Shown here in pieces: positions 24,830 to 36,462 of a DNA stretch of 64,000 bases. Under the pieces are notes generated by a model. The model searched no databases. It was not told the origin of the DNA and saw only the letters and a list, made by a program, of their open reading frames with translations. A program made the position numbers and the translations under genes. The DNA is from Lepidodermella squamata (taxonomy: Eukaryota; Animalia; Gastrotricha). The stretch is from assembly GCA_047495785.1 (NCBI GenBank), contig JBLDXI010000033.1:1054001-1118000 (forward strand), given 5' to 3'. Numbering within the stretch: the first letter of the stretch is position 1; every line of letters begins with the position of its first letter.

Positions 24830-26185
24830 GAATGAGATTACAACATTAAGATAAATTAATCATTTCAAATTTTTGATGCTTGAGAAGTGAAATAAAATTA
24901 AAGCTAGCCTTGAGATTTGGTTAATTTTGTCGGCTGTTCAGAAAAATGTGGAAGGAATTCTCCAAAATTCCCAGAAAATCAGAAAAAAATCATCCAATAT
25001 CGCTCCTAGTATCAACGTGTGGATCTTATTTTAACCTAGTTCGACCGAGCAAATATTGGTTCGATTTCGACCTGATTAATGGAATTAATTCTACAAAATC
25101 ATTACACCAAAAACATTTTTTTTCAAGATTCGGCTACCTTACTTATAGCTCTGAAAATCACAAAAAATAACAGTTGTTTTAGCAATTAACTGATGCCTCG
25201 TTGGTCATCGCAATATTCACGTTTAAATATTTCTTAGAATTCGAAAATCGATACGCAGATATTTTGCACAGTTGTGTTTACCGTAATTTTAAATATTTCG
25301 AACCATCAACCAATCTTTTAAAAAAATCAATGGGGCCCTGGAACCAAGATGAAAAGCTTCGAATATTTTCAATTTTTGGCCCCTAAGAAATTGATGCGTT
25401 ACACCCCATTTCTCGTGAGTAGACAGAACCTTTGTTAGCCTATAATTATGTCTATGGAAATAACCAACAGCTCAAATTTGGCTAGATTCCACATAAATTA
25501 GATATGATTCATGGCGTAAAAGCTTGACGTAAAAGCCGGAATTATTCCTTAAAAACAACTTTTTTCGCACCTGTTTCCGTCATCACCAGTTTTTTTTATG
25601 CAGACGCAATGGAAACAGCGTCAAAGCAAAAAATCTGCACGTTAGGCTCTAGTTGCTTTTATAAACACCTTATAATAAGGCTTTTTTCTTAACGGTACTT
25701 GACGTGAGAATATGGAATGATTTACGGAGGCGGTCATTCAGAACTCCTAACGTAAACACCACGTGTTGAAAGTAGGTCATCAAGTGACCTCATGCTCTAA
25801 AGAAAGCAATAGATAAAAATAACGAAATTACTTGGTAGATACGATTTTTATGAGACTGCTTTAACAAATTAAGGTTAAATTTTATAAAAATTTCCCTGGC
25901 TTTACGAAATTACAAAAACCGTTATAATTTTCGATTTTGAAATCTCATTTCCAGAGTTGGAGACATCGTGGCATTAAAGCAAAGTCGCCCGTTTTCAGTT
26001 GATTAGCAGGGTTAAACGTAACACGAATGTTTTTTTTCATCACAATGAATATGAGAAGTGCGCATCAGGAATATAGTAACCCAGGTAAATATTTGCGCTT
26101 TCTCTACAAAAAACACACGGGTACATAAACCCGCGCCTTGTGAAACGTGGCGCGTCATTTATTTCGTGTTCTAGAAAAAATAATC

Positions 26186-26908
26186 ATGAATTATCTCGTT
26201 ATTGTTGTTATTTCTTCAATTTTCCTCGCCAGTGGATGCAACGCAGTGATGGTCGGCGGATATGGATCGGAACAACCGGCGAGTAGCGATCCGGAACTTG
26301 CCGCGGCTGTTCGTTCAACAATCCGTCAGCAATTCGTTTCCAAAACTGGCCAAACAACCCCCGATTTCGAATTGATTTCCTTCAAAAGCCAGGTCGTTGC
26401 GGGTACGAATTACGTTATGAAGGTCCTACTGAATAGGAACACTGGCGAAGTGGCCGAACTTAATGTCTACCAGCCCCTTCCTCAGGAGGGTTCCTCAGCC
26501 TATCAGCTTACCGGTATCAAGCGGGGAGCCAGCAGCAGCGATTCCAACCAAGTGAATAACAACTTCAACCCGAACCAAGCCATGCCTATTGCTGGCGGTG
26601 TTGGCCAGACGATCCAAGCCTCGCAGTACGACCAAGAATCAAGGATGCTTCAGTCGCAATTGTCGCAAAATCTACGCAACCAATACGTGAGGGGAACTGG
26701 CAGGCAAGTGTCGCGTTTCGACCTGGTGTCCTACCGGAAGCAAGTCGTCGCTGGAATGAATTATTTCATGAAGGTTTTGGTTAACGGCAACGGCATCAAC
26801 GGTGAATACGTCCACCTTAAGGCTTATCAAGGGCTAAACAGCAACTCGCTAGTTTTGCAGGGTGCTCAGATGCAGAAGCGACTGAGCGATCCCTTGAACT
26901 ACTTTTGA
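26186..26908 (+). CDS. Secreted two-domain stefin-type cystatin, paralog
   Basis: Signal MNYLVIVV; QVVAGTNY and QVVAGMNY; C-terminal DPLNYF. Confidence 0.9.
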   Translation: MNYLVIVVISSIFLASGCNAVMVGGYGSEQPASSDPELAAAVRSTIRQQFVSKTGQTTPDFELISFKSQVVAGTNYVMKVLLNRNTGEVAELNVYQPLPQEGSSAYQLTGIKRGASSSDSNQVNNNFNPNQAMPIAGGVGQTIQASQYDQESRMLQSQLSQNLRNQYVRGTGRQVSRFDLVSYRKQVVAGMNYFMKVLVNGNGINGEYVHLKAYQGLNSNSLVLQGAQMQKRLSDPLNYF

Positions 26909-27259
26909 GAAACTGTCTAAGAACCTTTGTTAGTGTTTGAAATTGTTTGCTTATCAATTTAATAATAAATAAATACGGCGGTACTGCATTTAAAATTTGT
27001 ACTTTATTTTATCAATTTTTTTAATAATTTTTTTTCAAAAAAACTGAAAGCAAAGGTGTATTATCAAAAAAGAAAATATGTTCCCACTAAATTACATGAA
27101 GGATGATTAATTAATCAGCCGCCTTAATACGATCCGCAAAATAACACTTTGCCCTTGTGGCTGACTGTTCCAACAATATAAAAACCGAGACAGTTGTATG
27201 TTTTAGAAGTTTTCATCTGCATTAGCGCCTGCGCCAAAGATTTTTGATCATTTCTCCAG

Positions 27260-30200
27260 CTAGCACTGGTTCACTGTAATATTGCCAATCAAGATCCACG
27301 GCGGCTGGTCAAAATTGAAAAATGCATTGCCGTAAGACATGGTAGCGGCAACCACGATCCCAATGCCGATAAGATTCATGAAAAATCCTACGCTGATCTG
27401 AACAATAAATAAAAAAAATCCATCTTAATTTACTCATTTCTATGCAAAGAAAAAATGGCTTACCATATCAATGAGACGAAGAGTACCGGCGTGAAAAACT
27501 TCTGCGTTTGGAGGCGTCGCTACGGGGAACATGAAAGCGAAAGACGCAGCGACAGTCTGCACAAAAATTGATGAAAAATTCACAAATTTTATGATTTTTT
27601 TTAATTATTTACCGTGGGAAACATGAAAAACAGCGGATGCTCATTTCTCGCTTCAGCCTGGGTAAAACGAATATTTTTAACAGTAACTAAGATTTGATTT
27701 CGAAAGTGTACCAAAAGTCTGAAGACTGGCATGAGAATGGAGACACAGGCAGTGTTAGACATGAATTCTGTCACATAGACTATGATAACGACGAGCAGGC
27801 ACATAGCTTCCCAGGCCTGAAGAGGTGCGATAATATTGCCGATGAGCTTTGACAACGCCGAGGCAAAACCGGATGCTTCAGCGCCGTAAGCTGCAGCTGT
27901 ACCACCACCGATTAGTAGAATGACACCCATAGGGATAGTTTTCACAGTTTCGTGCCACGTAACGGCAGTTTCAGGCAGGATCCATTTATTGTTATTGACA
28001 TCGCGGTAAGGAAATGAAGTTGGGAAGACGTAAAGCGATATTGCGACAAAAACTGCAGCAGTCGACTCTTTTGTGTAACCTGTGGCGATATTGTCCCAAC
28101 CTAAAATGAACATAATTTTTACGAAAAAATCTCAATTATAAAAGCAATTTACCTATATTAGGGTTGATATTTATCTGGCGAGTCATCATGAGGAAAACCA
28201 TGAAGATGATGTGGCCGAGTACGACGTACTGCTTGATGCCGATCGGCGGTAATTCGTCGTACATATTCTGGGTGGTAATTCGAATTTTCTCGCGATATTT
28301 ATCGATTGGCGAATCTCGGCAGCCAAACGCATACAACGGACCGTAGTAACGAATCAAAAGCACGAGCCATGCTAACACTAGAAACACCAAGGAGAGTGGG
28401 ACAGCGTAAACCATCCACGTGAGGAAATTCAGAGGGGACGGGCAATTGTGGAGTTGATAGGCGAAATCGACCTGCAAAAAAATTGATAAAAATGTTAGCT
28501 TTTCGGGCATATCGCAGCGCAGGATACATTTGGACAGAATAATTTTGGAAACTTCGGCGATACAAACAGGGTTTGTTGCATAAAATTCCCCGCCTCTCAA
28601 ACTTATGAATGGCATAAGTCGGAATGTGAATTTTTCTCAATTTCTTCGAAAAACAGAAATATCTATTCATACCTTGTTCCAAATTTGACCCAAAGCTCAG
28701 AAACAACTGAACATTCACAAAATCTTTAAATCTTAAAATCACCGTATTTTACCGATAAATCGGGGCTCACCTCACCTTACTCTGTACTGAAAACCATGCA
28801 TTTCCGAATCAGGACTGATTTTCAATCATCAAAAACATGCTTTTGTCCAAAGACAGACAGCAAATACCCAAAACAGCAGACACGACAAAACAGCAAATTT
28901 TTCAACTTGCGACAACAGCAGAAACACTATGCACTTTTTACGCTGTCCGTTCTCGCTGTTTCGCGAAATGAAAAAAGTTGCTGTTTTGTCGCATTCGTTG
29001 TTCTGCGAAGTTGCTGTTTTGTCGCCGTACCTGTCTGAAATTACCCTCCCCTACTTCACACTTTTATTACCTGTTGTTTCATGATTAAATTTGATGAAGT
29101 TCCGATGAGCGTTGAAACACCGCCGATAGACGCTGAATAAGCGACAGCTAATAGCAACATGTCCCTAAATTGCCGATCGCCCATCGATGTCGCAACAACA
29201 TCGACAGATTTTCGAATAGCTAGCCGTTTCAGTCGGGCAAACGACGACCGCCTCGGCCCGCCGCGTTCTGGGTCGCGTTCTTTCGGCGGTTCGACCATCT
29301 GCCAGGCGCCGAAAATGGCTTTCCGCAACTCATCAGTGACGCCGAAAACAATCGGCACCATGAGAGCGGTTGTTACTGAATTTTGCAGCCACATTGCGAT
29401 GAAAGCTGACACGGACATGAAACCGAATAGGAGCCAACGGGGTTGAACTCCGACAAACAGTAAGACTTTTAGGGCTAGCCGTTTATGTAGGCCGACTTGT
29501 TCGATTGAATCGACGACGATTACTGAGGCTATGAAGGCTAAGTTTGATTCGTCCATGTATTTTGGTGCGAGGTCGGAGGCTTTGACGATTCCGAGCAGTG
29601 GGTACAGCAGCATAGGTACTAGGGCAGTTACGGCGATCGGGATGGCCTGTGTCGACCAGTAGATAATCATCACCGCCAACACATAGGCACATCGCATAGA
29701 TTTCTAAAAAATTTAAATTAATAACAAAAATGAAAATTTCGATAAAAAATCTGAATGGCGTTTAACGTTGTGTTTTAAATCGCCAAAAATCAGGTAAAAT
29801 TTGTAAAATCGCCAAAATGTTCAGATAAATCAGAAATATTCTTGTGAAACGGAATACAATATAATCATTTTCTGAATCTCGGGACACAATTCAAATTTTA
29901 AATCCTTGTAAAATATTATTTTTTTCAAAAATTACCCTGCGTTACTGTAAAATTTGACCTGATTGCGAGAAAAATATTTGAAGCAATTTTGAATGACGTC
30001 ATTAGTCTCATAGCACCGTAAGTGAAAAAATTGGAAAAATCGAATTTTCAATAAAACTACAGTGAAAATCGCGTAAACCGGACGATGAGAACGCCACTTA
30101 AAAACGTCCGGTATATAAAGCAAGAGCGGTCACGGCCAACCGGACGGTCATAAACCGCCCGGTTTACTTGAATACCGGTTTAGAAGAAGGTCTTCCGCTT

Positions 30201-30598
30201 ACACAGCAATAAATGCACGTGCTTGCCATTGAGACGATCGAAATAATCAACCTGTCCCATATGTATTCCATTATATTTTTTAATTTTTGGATGGTAAAAT
30301 TTAAAATGTCAACATCCCAAATTTGATGCCCTGAAAATTGAAAAAAATGTTGAAAGTTTAAGTGATTTTCTATCCCTGGGCGCGTTTTGTCGAAAGATGA
30401 AACAGAAAATAATATTTCGCAATTATTCCTATAACCTATAATGAGAGCAGCAATGAGTCCTACCTGGGCTTCATCATCGTGAAAGACAACAGCAATAGGT
30501 AGCAGAAGAATGGGTGTAAGCACAACGATGAACAGTTGCCGGAACGAGAAAATTTGACCGCAGTGGTGCTTGAAATTCGGGCAACATCGACAGACCAT
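27260..30598 (-). CDS. SLC13/DASS Na+-dicarboxylate/citrate/sulfate cotransporter, copy A
   Basis: YW-x-TQAIPIAVTAL, LHKRLAL, AYSASIGGVSTLIGT, TEFMSNTA, SFAFMFPVATPPNA motifs across GT-AG-joined exons. Confidence 0.92.
28853..29038. repeat. Foldback/MITE-like inverted repeat within an SLC13-A intron
   Basis: cagacag...cgacaaaacagcaaatttttca pairs with tgaaaaaagttgctgttttgtcg...ctgtctg; the subrepeat is duplicated. Confidence 0.6.
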
Positions 30599-33317
30599 GT
30601 TTGTCGTCGACCGCGGGTAAGTGCCCTAAAACAGAAAATAATTCAACATGTAAGAATATATCGGCACTGATTGAAAAAAGCAGCGGATGCAAGCGACCTA
30701 AAATTTACCGGTATCATTTCAACAAGTCAGCCAGAAATAACGTGGGAGATGAAAAATTAGTACCAAATATGAAGAGATAGGTATTAGATCTCTGGTTTAT
30801 ACTATAGCTTGAAATTTATCACAAACTTTGGCAAAAATTCCCACTTGGAGATAAGAACTAAAAGATAATTCTAAATTAAGGCGAACGCATTGTGTCTGGC
30901 AGAAGATTCTAGGCAGGGCATTGCGAATAGGAGCAAAATGGTGCACGTATAGGTATTATCAGTGAAGTAGTCGCATCATAAATGTTTTATTGCTGACTTT
31001 CAGCGTCACACGACAAGGCGGGTCGTCGTGAATTCGCTGTAGGTATGTAGATAAATATACAGGTCTAGTAGTCATAAAAATCACAACAGCTGCGGGGCAA
31101 TGACGTAAAAATACCGCACATTTCTGCTGGCAGAATGAATCTTCACTAGTTTTCATAATATTATAGTCTTTGGAATGAGGAAATGCATAGCGTAATAAAT
31201 CGCGTGTTTATCAATGAAACAAACAAGTGCCTATATGCGACGAATTATTGGGGTGAGAAAAAAATTCGATTCCTCATCCAGTGCATGACTCGGCTGATTC
31301 GTGGCGTGTTTGCTCTTTAGCGAGAGGCAAAGTCCATAACCGCGAAGTGCATTGAGTGAAAAATACGAGTAATAGCGAGAAAATATGAGGAGCGAATAAA
31401 TGGGCACGTGGCCGCTATTTCCCGAGCCATTATTACACCACCGCCGAAGCTTTTACACTCATGCGCTCACTCTCACACGCGGCGTGTATAAGCCACTAAT
31501 AATTTTGGCCCATCTCGTTGAAGGGCAACACAACAGCAATAATAGATGTACGTGAAACTCGAGAAATATTGCATTAGCCAGGCAACTTATTGCAAGCTTA
31601 GCAGATGGGAAAAACTAACACCCATCTGCAGCGGATAAAATTGGAAATCAGCGAGCCGAAAATTGGCAAAAACTGCAAGGTATTCAGCGTGAACAGTCCT
31701 GTTTAATTTTAAAACCAGACGAGTCGCTCTCAAACGTTATTCCCAAATTGCAAATTTTCTGGACATTGAAATGCCTTGGTGTGCTATAAAGTTGATTATC
31801 CTAGTGACCTATGCTTGACTAAATTTCGGGTCTATAACTGCCTTTCCATGATGAAAGAGAAAATACCTTTATCAATAAATTATTCGCTTTCACGTGCAAA
31901 AATGTTGAAGTTTTAGCGCGTCAATTCCGTTGAGAATGATCAATAAAAATGATACTATAGTACGTGCGAGCGCAAATGTTTCAAAAATTCTAAACTTTAA
32001 CGCCAAAAATGTAGCGGAGAAGCCTCTTGAATAAAAGAAAATCGAGAAAAAATGGAAAAAAATCGAGGCTGGATATCAGAATTTTCTCTCTTTACCTTGT
32101 CCATTATATACCTAGGCTCCAGAGGTTCAATTAAATTTTGGCAATTAAGCCAATTATCACCCAATTAATTAACGAAAATTATGGCGACAAGTCTCGCGTG
32201 CCACTTTCGGTACGCGTGCCGTAGTTCGAGAACCATTGTGCTAACCTGGAAAAATTAACGAATAAAAGCGTTATCAATAAAGATAGGTCGGAAAACATGT
32301 ATTCGGGAGAAGGTTAAATTATTCAGGATTAAAAAATTGATAAATTAGAATCAATCGAAGAAAGGTCTTATGAATCGAAAAGGTTATAATTAAAGATCCA
32401 ATTACCTGAAATCTGTACATAATTTTACTGTTTTTTCGGATTATATCAAAAGACCAAGCCTGTCTTAAAAGACCGTCTGAAAAGCCAGGTTTTTTTTACA
32501 GGTAGGAAAAATTGGCAAGGGCCAATTTTCCATGTTTTTTGCTACTTTTTTGTGCTGCGTAGATGCCTCGTTCTGCAAACATTGTCATGTGCGAATGCAG
32601 ACACTATGACCGGGGTTATCGGTGTTTGTTCAGGGCTCTTCAACTTGGCATAAAGGCAAAGCCAAGATTACCTGCCAGTAAATAGAAGGCTATTCAGCTT
32701 TACTCTATCTTGAAGGTAAAAAACGATTTTACAAAGAAAAGAACAACTACTGGGGAATGCATGCAACTAATTGCGCAATTAAAACTCTCCATAATTAACC
32801 TAGTTGAAGTTTTAGCGAGATGTGACGTAAAAGAGCAAAAAAGAACAATTTTCCGGAAATCCGTCAAGGAATTCAGGGGAAGTTATCCTTGAAACTGGGC
32901 ATCTGACTAATATAATATCGTCAACAGCTGTTTCTGAAACATTTTACAAGCGGTAAATAGCTGAGCTGTGTTGAAAATAGGGCTGCCGTGGTAACAATTG
33001 TGGGCTCGATCGATCAGTAATTTCCGCGCAATTACGATTTTAGCAAAAAGTTCGCTCGTGAATTGATTATTGTTAATCGGTCTCATAAATACCGTTTGTA
33101 CATTATATCGACTGGTTAATAAATTATTATTTCAAAACTGATGTAAGCACGACCCTTTACAGCCTGATTTCGTGAGAATAAATCAATCAAGCCGACCACA
33201 GGTTCTCTATACAGCTTTAATTTAAGTTTCAAATTCATTTTGAAAATAAACACCGGTAAAGAAGAATGCATAAAATAATCCATGTTTTGCATCATATCGC
33301 GAATTCCGTAATCGACT

Positions 33318-35615
33318 TCAATTGAGAGTGTCATGGCAAATGTAAGTTCCATTATTCGGATATGGCAGTTCCGTCCAAGCTGGTTCGTAGTAGCCGAAGA
33401 AAGCAGCTCCCCACGTGTGAGTTGTCAGTAAGGCAATTCCGATGCCAAGAATGTTCATCACAAAACCTACGGTAACCTGCGAATAAAAAATTTGAAAAAA
33501 GTTCAATACAAAATTACGAAAAATTACCATATCCTTAACCCTGAGTCCTTTAGTTAGAGAAAAGGCCAAAGCATTTGGAGGGGTTGCGACAGGTAACATA
33601 AATGCAAAGCTACAAGTCAGAGCTGAAAAATAACGGAAAATATTTAGCTGAAAATCCCTGGTAACAGCCACTAACCTGTTGGAAGCAGATAGGCCAACGG
33701 GTTGTTGTGTTGTTTATCGGCTAAATCGCCCAAAACCGGCAGCATGAAATGAACCGAGGCAGCATTCGAAATCAGTTCCGTAAGGAACACATTAATGACT
33801 ATTAGAATAGTTACCGACTCCTTCACGTCAAGGGTATGAAGCAGCTCATACAGCTCATCAGCAATAATATCGGTCAAGCCAGAGCTCTGCGTGTTGAAAT
33901 ATTATCATTTGACCCATAAAACCAGCTTAAAAAGCCTACGATTGCAACATTCGTCGCAGCAAGGCCGCCTCCAATTAGAACGACAATATTGAAAGCTTGA
34001 CCTCCATCTTCTTCTGACCACTTGATGGCGTATTTGGGCCTCCTAAACTTGGCTGAAAATAATCCAATTAATTTCTCAAAAATCAGGTAAAAATAAGAAA
34101 ATTCTCAAAATTAGCAGAAAAATCAGGAATTATTTTGAATTATTTCAAATCAATTAAAATTAAGTGAATAATAATATTTACTTAGTCCTGGGGACCTTCG
34201 TTTAGGAACTGAGACCGGCATTGCGAAAAGAAGAATGGCGATGAAACAGGCCGCTGTTGATTCGCGAACATAGCCCGGGGCGATAATTTCCCAGCCAATA
34301 AGAGGTTCGGTATGCATCATCCTGGTGAAAAACAGCACAACCAACACAGCAAGGTTGGCCAGAACAATCCACTGCCTCGGCCCCATCGGTTTCAACTCGT
34401 CATACATGTCCCGAATAATGCTGTACAGCTTGTCTTTATGTGTTTCAATGTACAAGCAAGATTGCGAGGTGAAACCTAATGTGTAGCGAGGTCCGTTGTA
34501 ATAGAACGAAACCCACAGCCAAGCGATGGGTAGGAAAATGATGGAACCAGGCAATCCCCATATGAGCCAAGTCGCGAAGTTGACTGGGTCGTATTCCTCA
34601 CATTTATGAGCTTCGAACTCGTCAACGATTTCGTCACGGATGATCAGGTTTTCAGCTTGTCCAATTAAGGTGGCTGGGCCTCCGATTGAGCATGAATAAG
34701 CCACGCCCAGAACTAGCATGTTTTCAAGCCGCCTCAAGGCTTTTAATTCCTTCCTCAATTCAGGCCTTGATCTCTTTATTTCTTCGTGATCATCTAATAA
34801 ATGACAAATATTAAGGTGGATAAGTATAAAATGTTGCTATTTACACTCCGCACGATGAGCCTTTTCCTCGCTTTTGCCCTCCTTGTTCTCGTAAATTACA
34901 GCATATCGAAGCTCTCTAACGATTTCTATCACGACAGGAATTATCAGCGTGGCGGCCATAGCGTTTGACAGAAGCATAGACAGAAACCATGAAACTATCA
35001 TAAGGCCGAGTAAAAGCCAACGAGGTCCGACTCCCGTAATTCGGATAACTCCAAAAGCAAACCTGAAAAAATAATCAATGAAACTGACAAATATCGGTTG
35101 AAACTCCCGCCACCTTTTATGAAGCTCGGCACTTTCGAAAGCTTTTACTACCAATATACAAGCGATGATGGCCATATTAGTCTCATCGAGGTAATAATTC
35201 GCGAGAACGGTTGATTTTTCGAGTTGTAGTAGCGGAAATAGAACCATTGGTACCAGAGAAGTTATGGCAATAGGAATCTGCAACGAAATGTTGTTAATTG
35301 GGTCAAAAAGTCATGATAGATTTTCCTTACAGCTTCAGTCACCCAATACATGATCATCACCATCAAGACATAAAGACATCTCATAGGTTTCTGAAATAAT
35401 TAAATTACGATGAAATTCGCGACAAATTTGAAAAATTTAACCTGGTAAACTTTGTCGTGTTCGAAGCTCAAGATCAGCGGTAATAGAAGTAGAGGCACTG
35501 TTAGGAAAACGATGAAATTCCGCCATGCCCACAGTGATCGCATGTAAAGCCGGAAGGACGGCTTCGTGGAACTTGTCGATTTCCCCGACTCAACTTCAAC
35601 GACCTCGGTATGCAT
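33318..35615 (-). CDS. SLC13/DASS cotransporter, copy B
   Basis: AYSCSIGGPATLIG, TELISNAA, SFAFMLPVATPPNA; multi-exon. Confidence 0.92.
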
Positions 35616-36462
35616 TCCTCTAAAATAGAATGAACTGGTTTAACACACCACGGAAAAGTGGATAATGATGTGAGGCTGTAAGTACAAGATGATTATCAGT
35701 GCAAGCTCTTATCATATCCTATATTTTTGAATGCCAAAGATTTTTTTGAAGCGTGGCATGTAATCAATGCCAGAAAATCAACGAGTAGCGCTAAAATAGC
35801 TATACTACTGATCATTTTTTACAAAGCAATGTATCATTTTATTCACAGCGCCGGGTAAGAATGTAGTTGGTAGACGGTATAGTAACCATTTAGGTACTTA
35901 GTATATTTTTGCGTTATCAATGGCAGTGGGCGGAACAGTGGCGTGAAATCCCGTGTTTCAAAAAAAACCTCTCATTCTTAGACTGCGGGAAGCTCGTACT
36001 GTTTGTAATGCTAATGAACTTGTACTGGCAACAGGAGTTACGCGATTGGAAAATTCCCAGGCTGATAACATGATTCTTGCGCAGTTTTTTTTATTTGAAC
36101 ACGCCCCGGTTGTGCGGTATCAAGTCATGAAATAGCCCATCACAAAAACGAGGCCACTAGTTCGATCCAGCAGTGAACTTTCTCACGACCCGACTGATAT
36201 AATTTTTTAATTACTTGACACGCTCTCTTATTATTTTATCCATGTATCATGCAATATTAATTAATCGCCACGCATTTTATGACCTTTATTTTCAACTTTA
36301 TTCGAACCATTATTCTTGAGAAAGAGAGGCCACTCGATTGAAATATGCAGCAGCCACCTTAATTTCACCATCAACGATTTTAAAAGCTTTAACAAAAGTG
36401 AAACAGCGAAACAACAGCGTATTTATCAGTTTTTGAAGCAAAATTGTTTGAATACCGCCTTT

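Noticed and set aside
32190-32240. hAT/Charlie-like terminus gttcgagaaccattg
   Set aside because: Only one degenerate end is visible.
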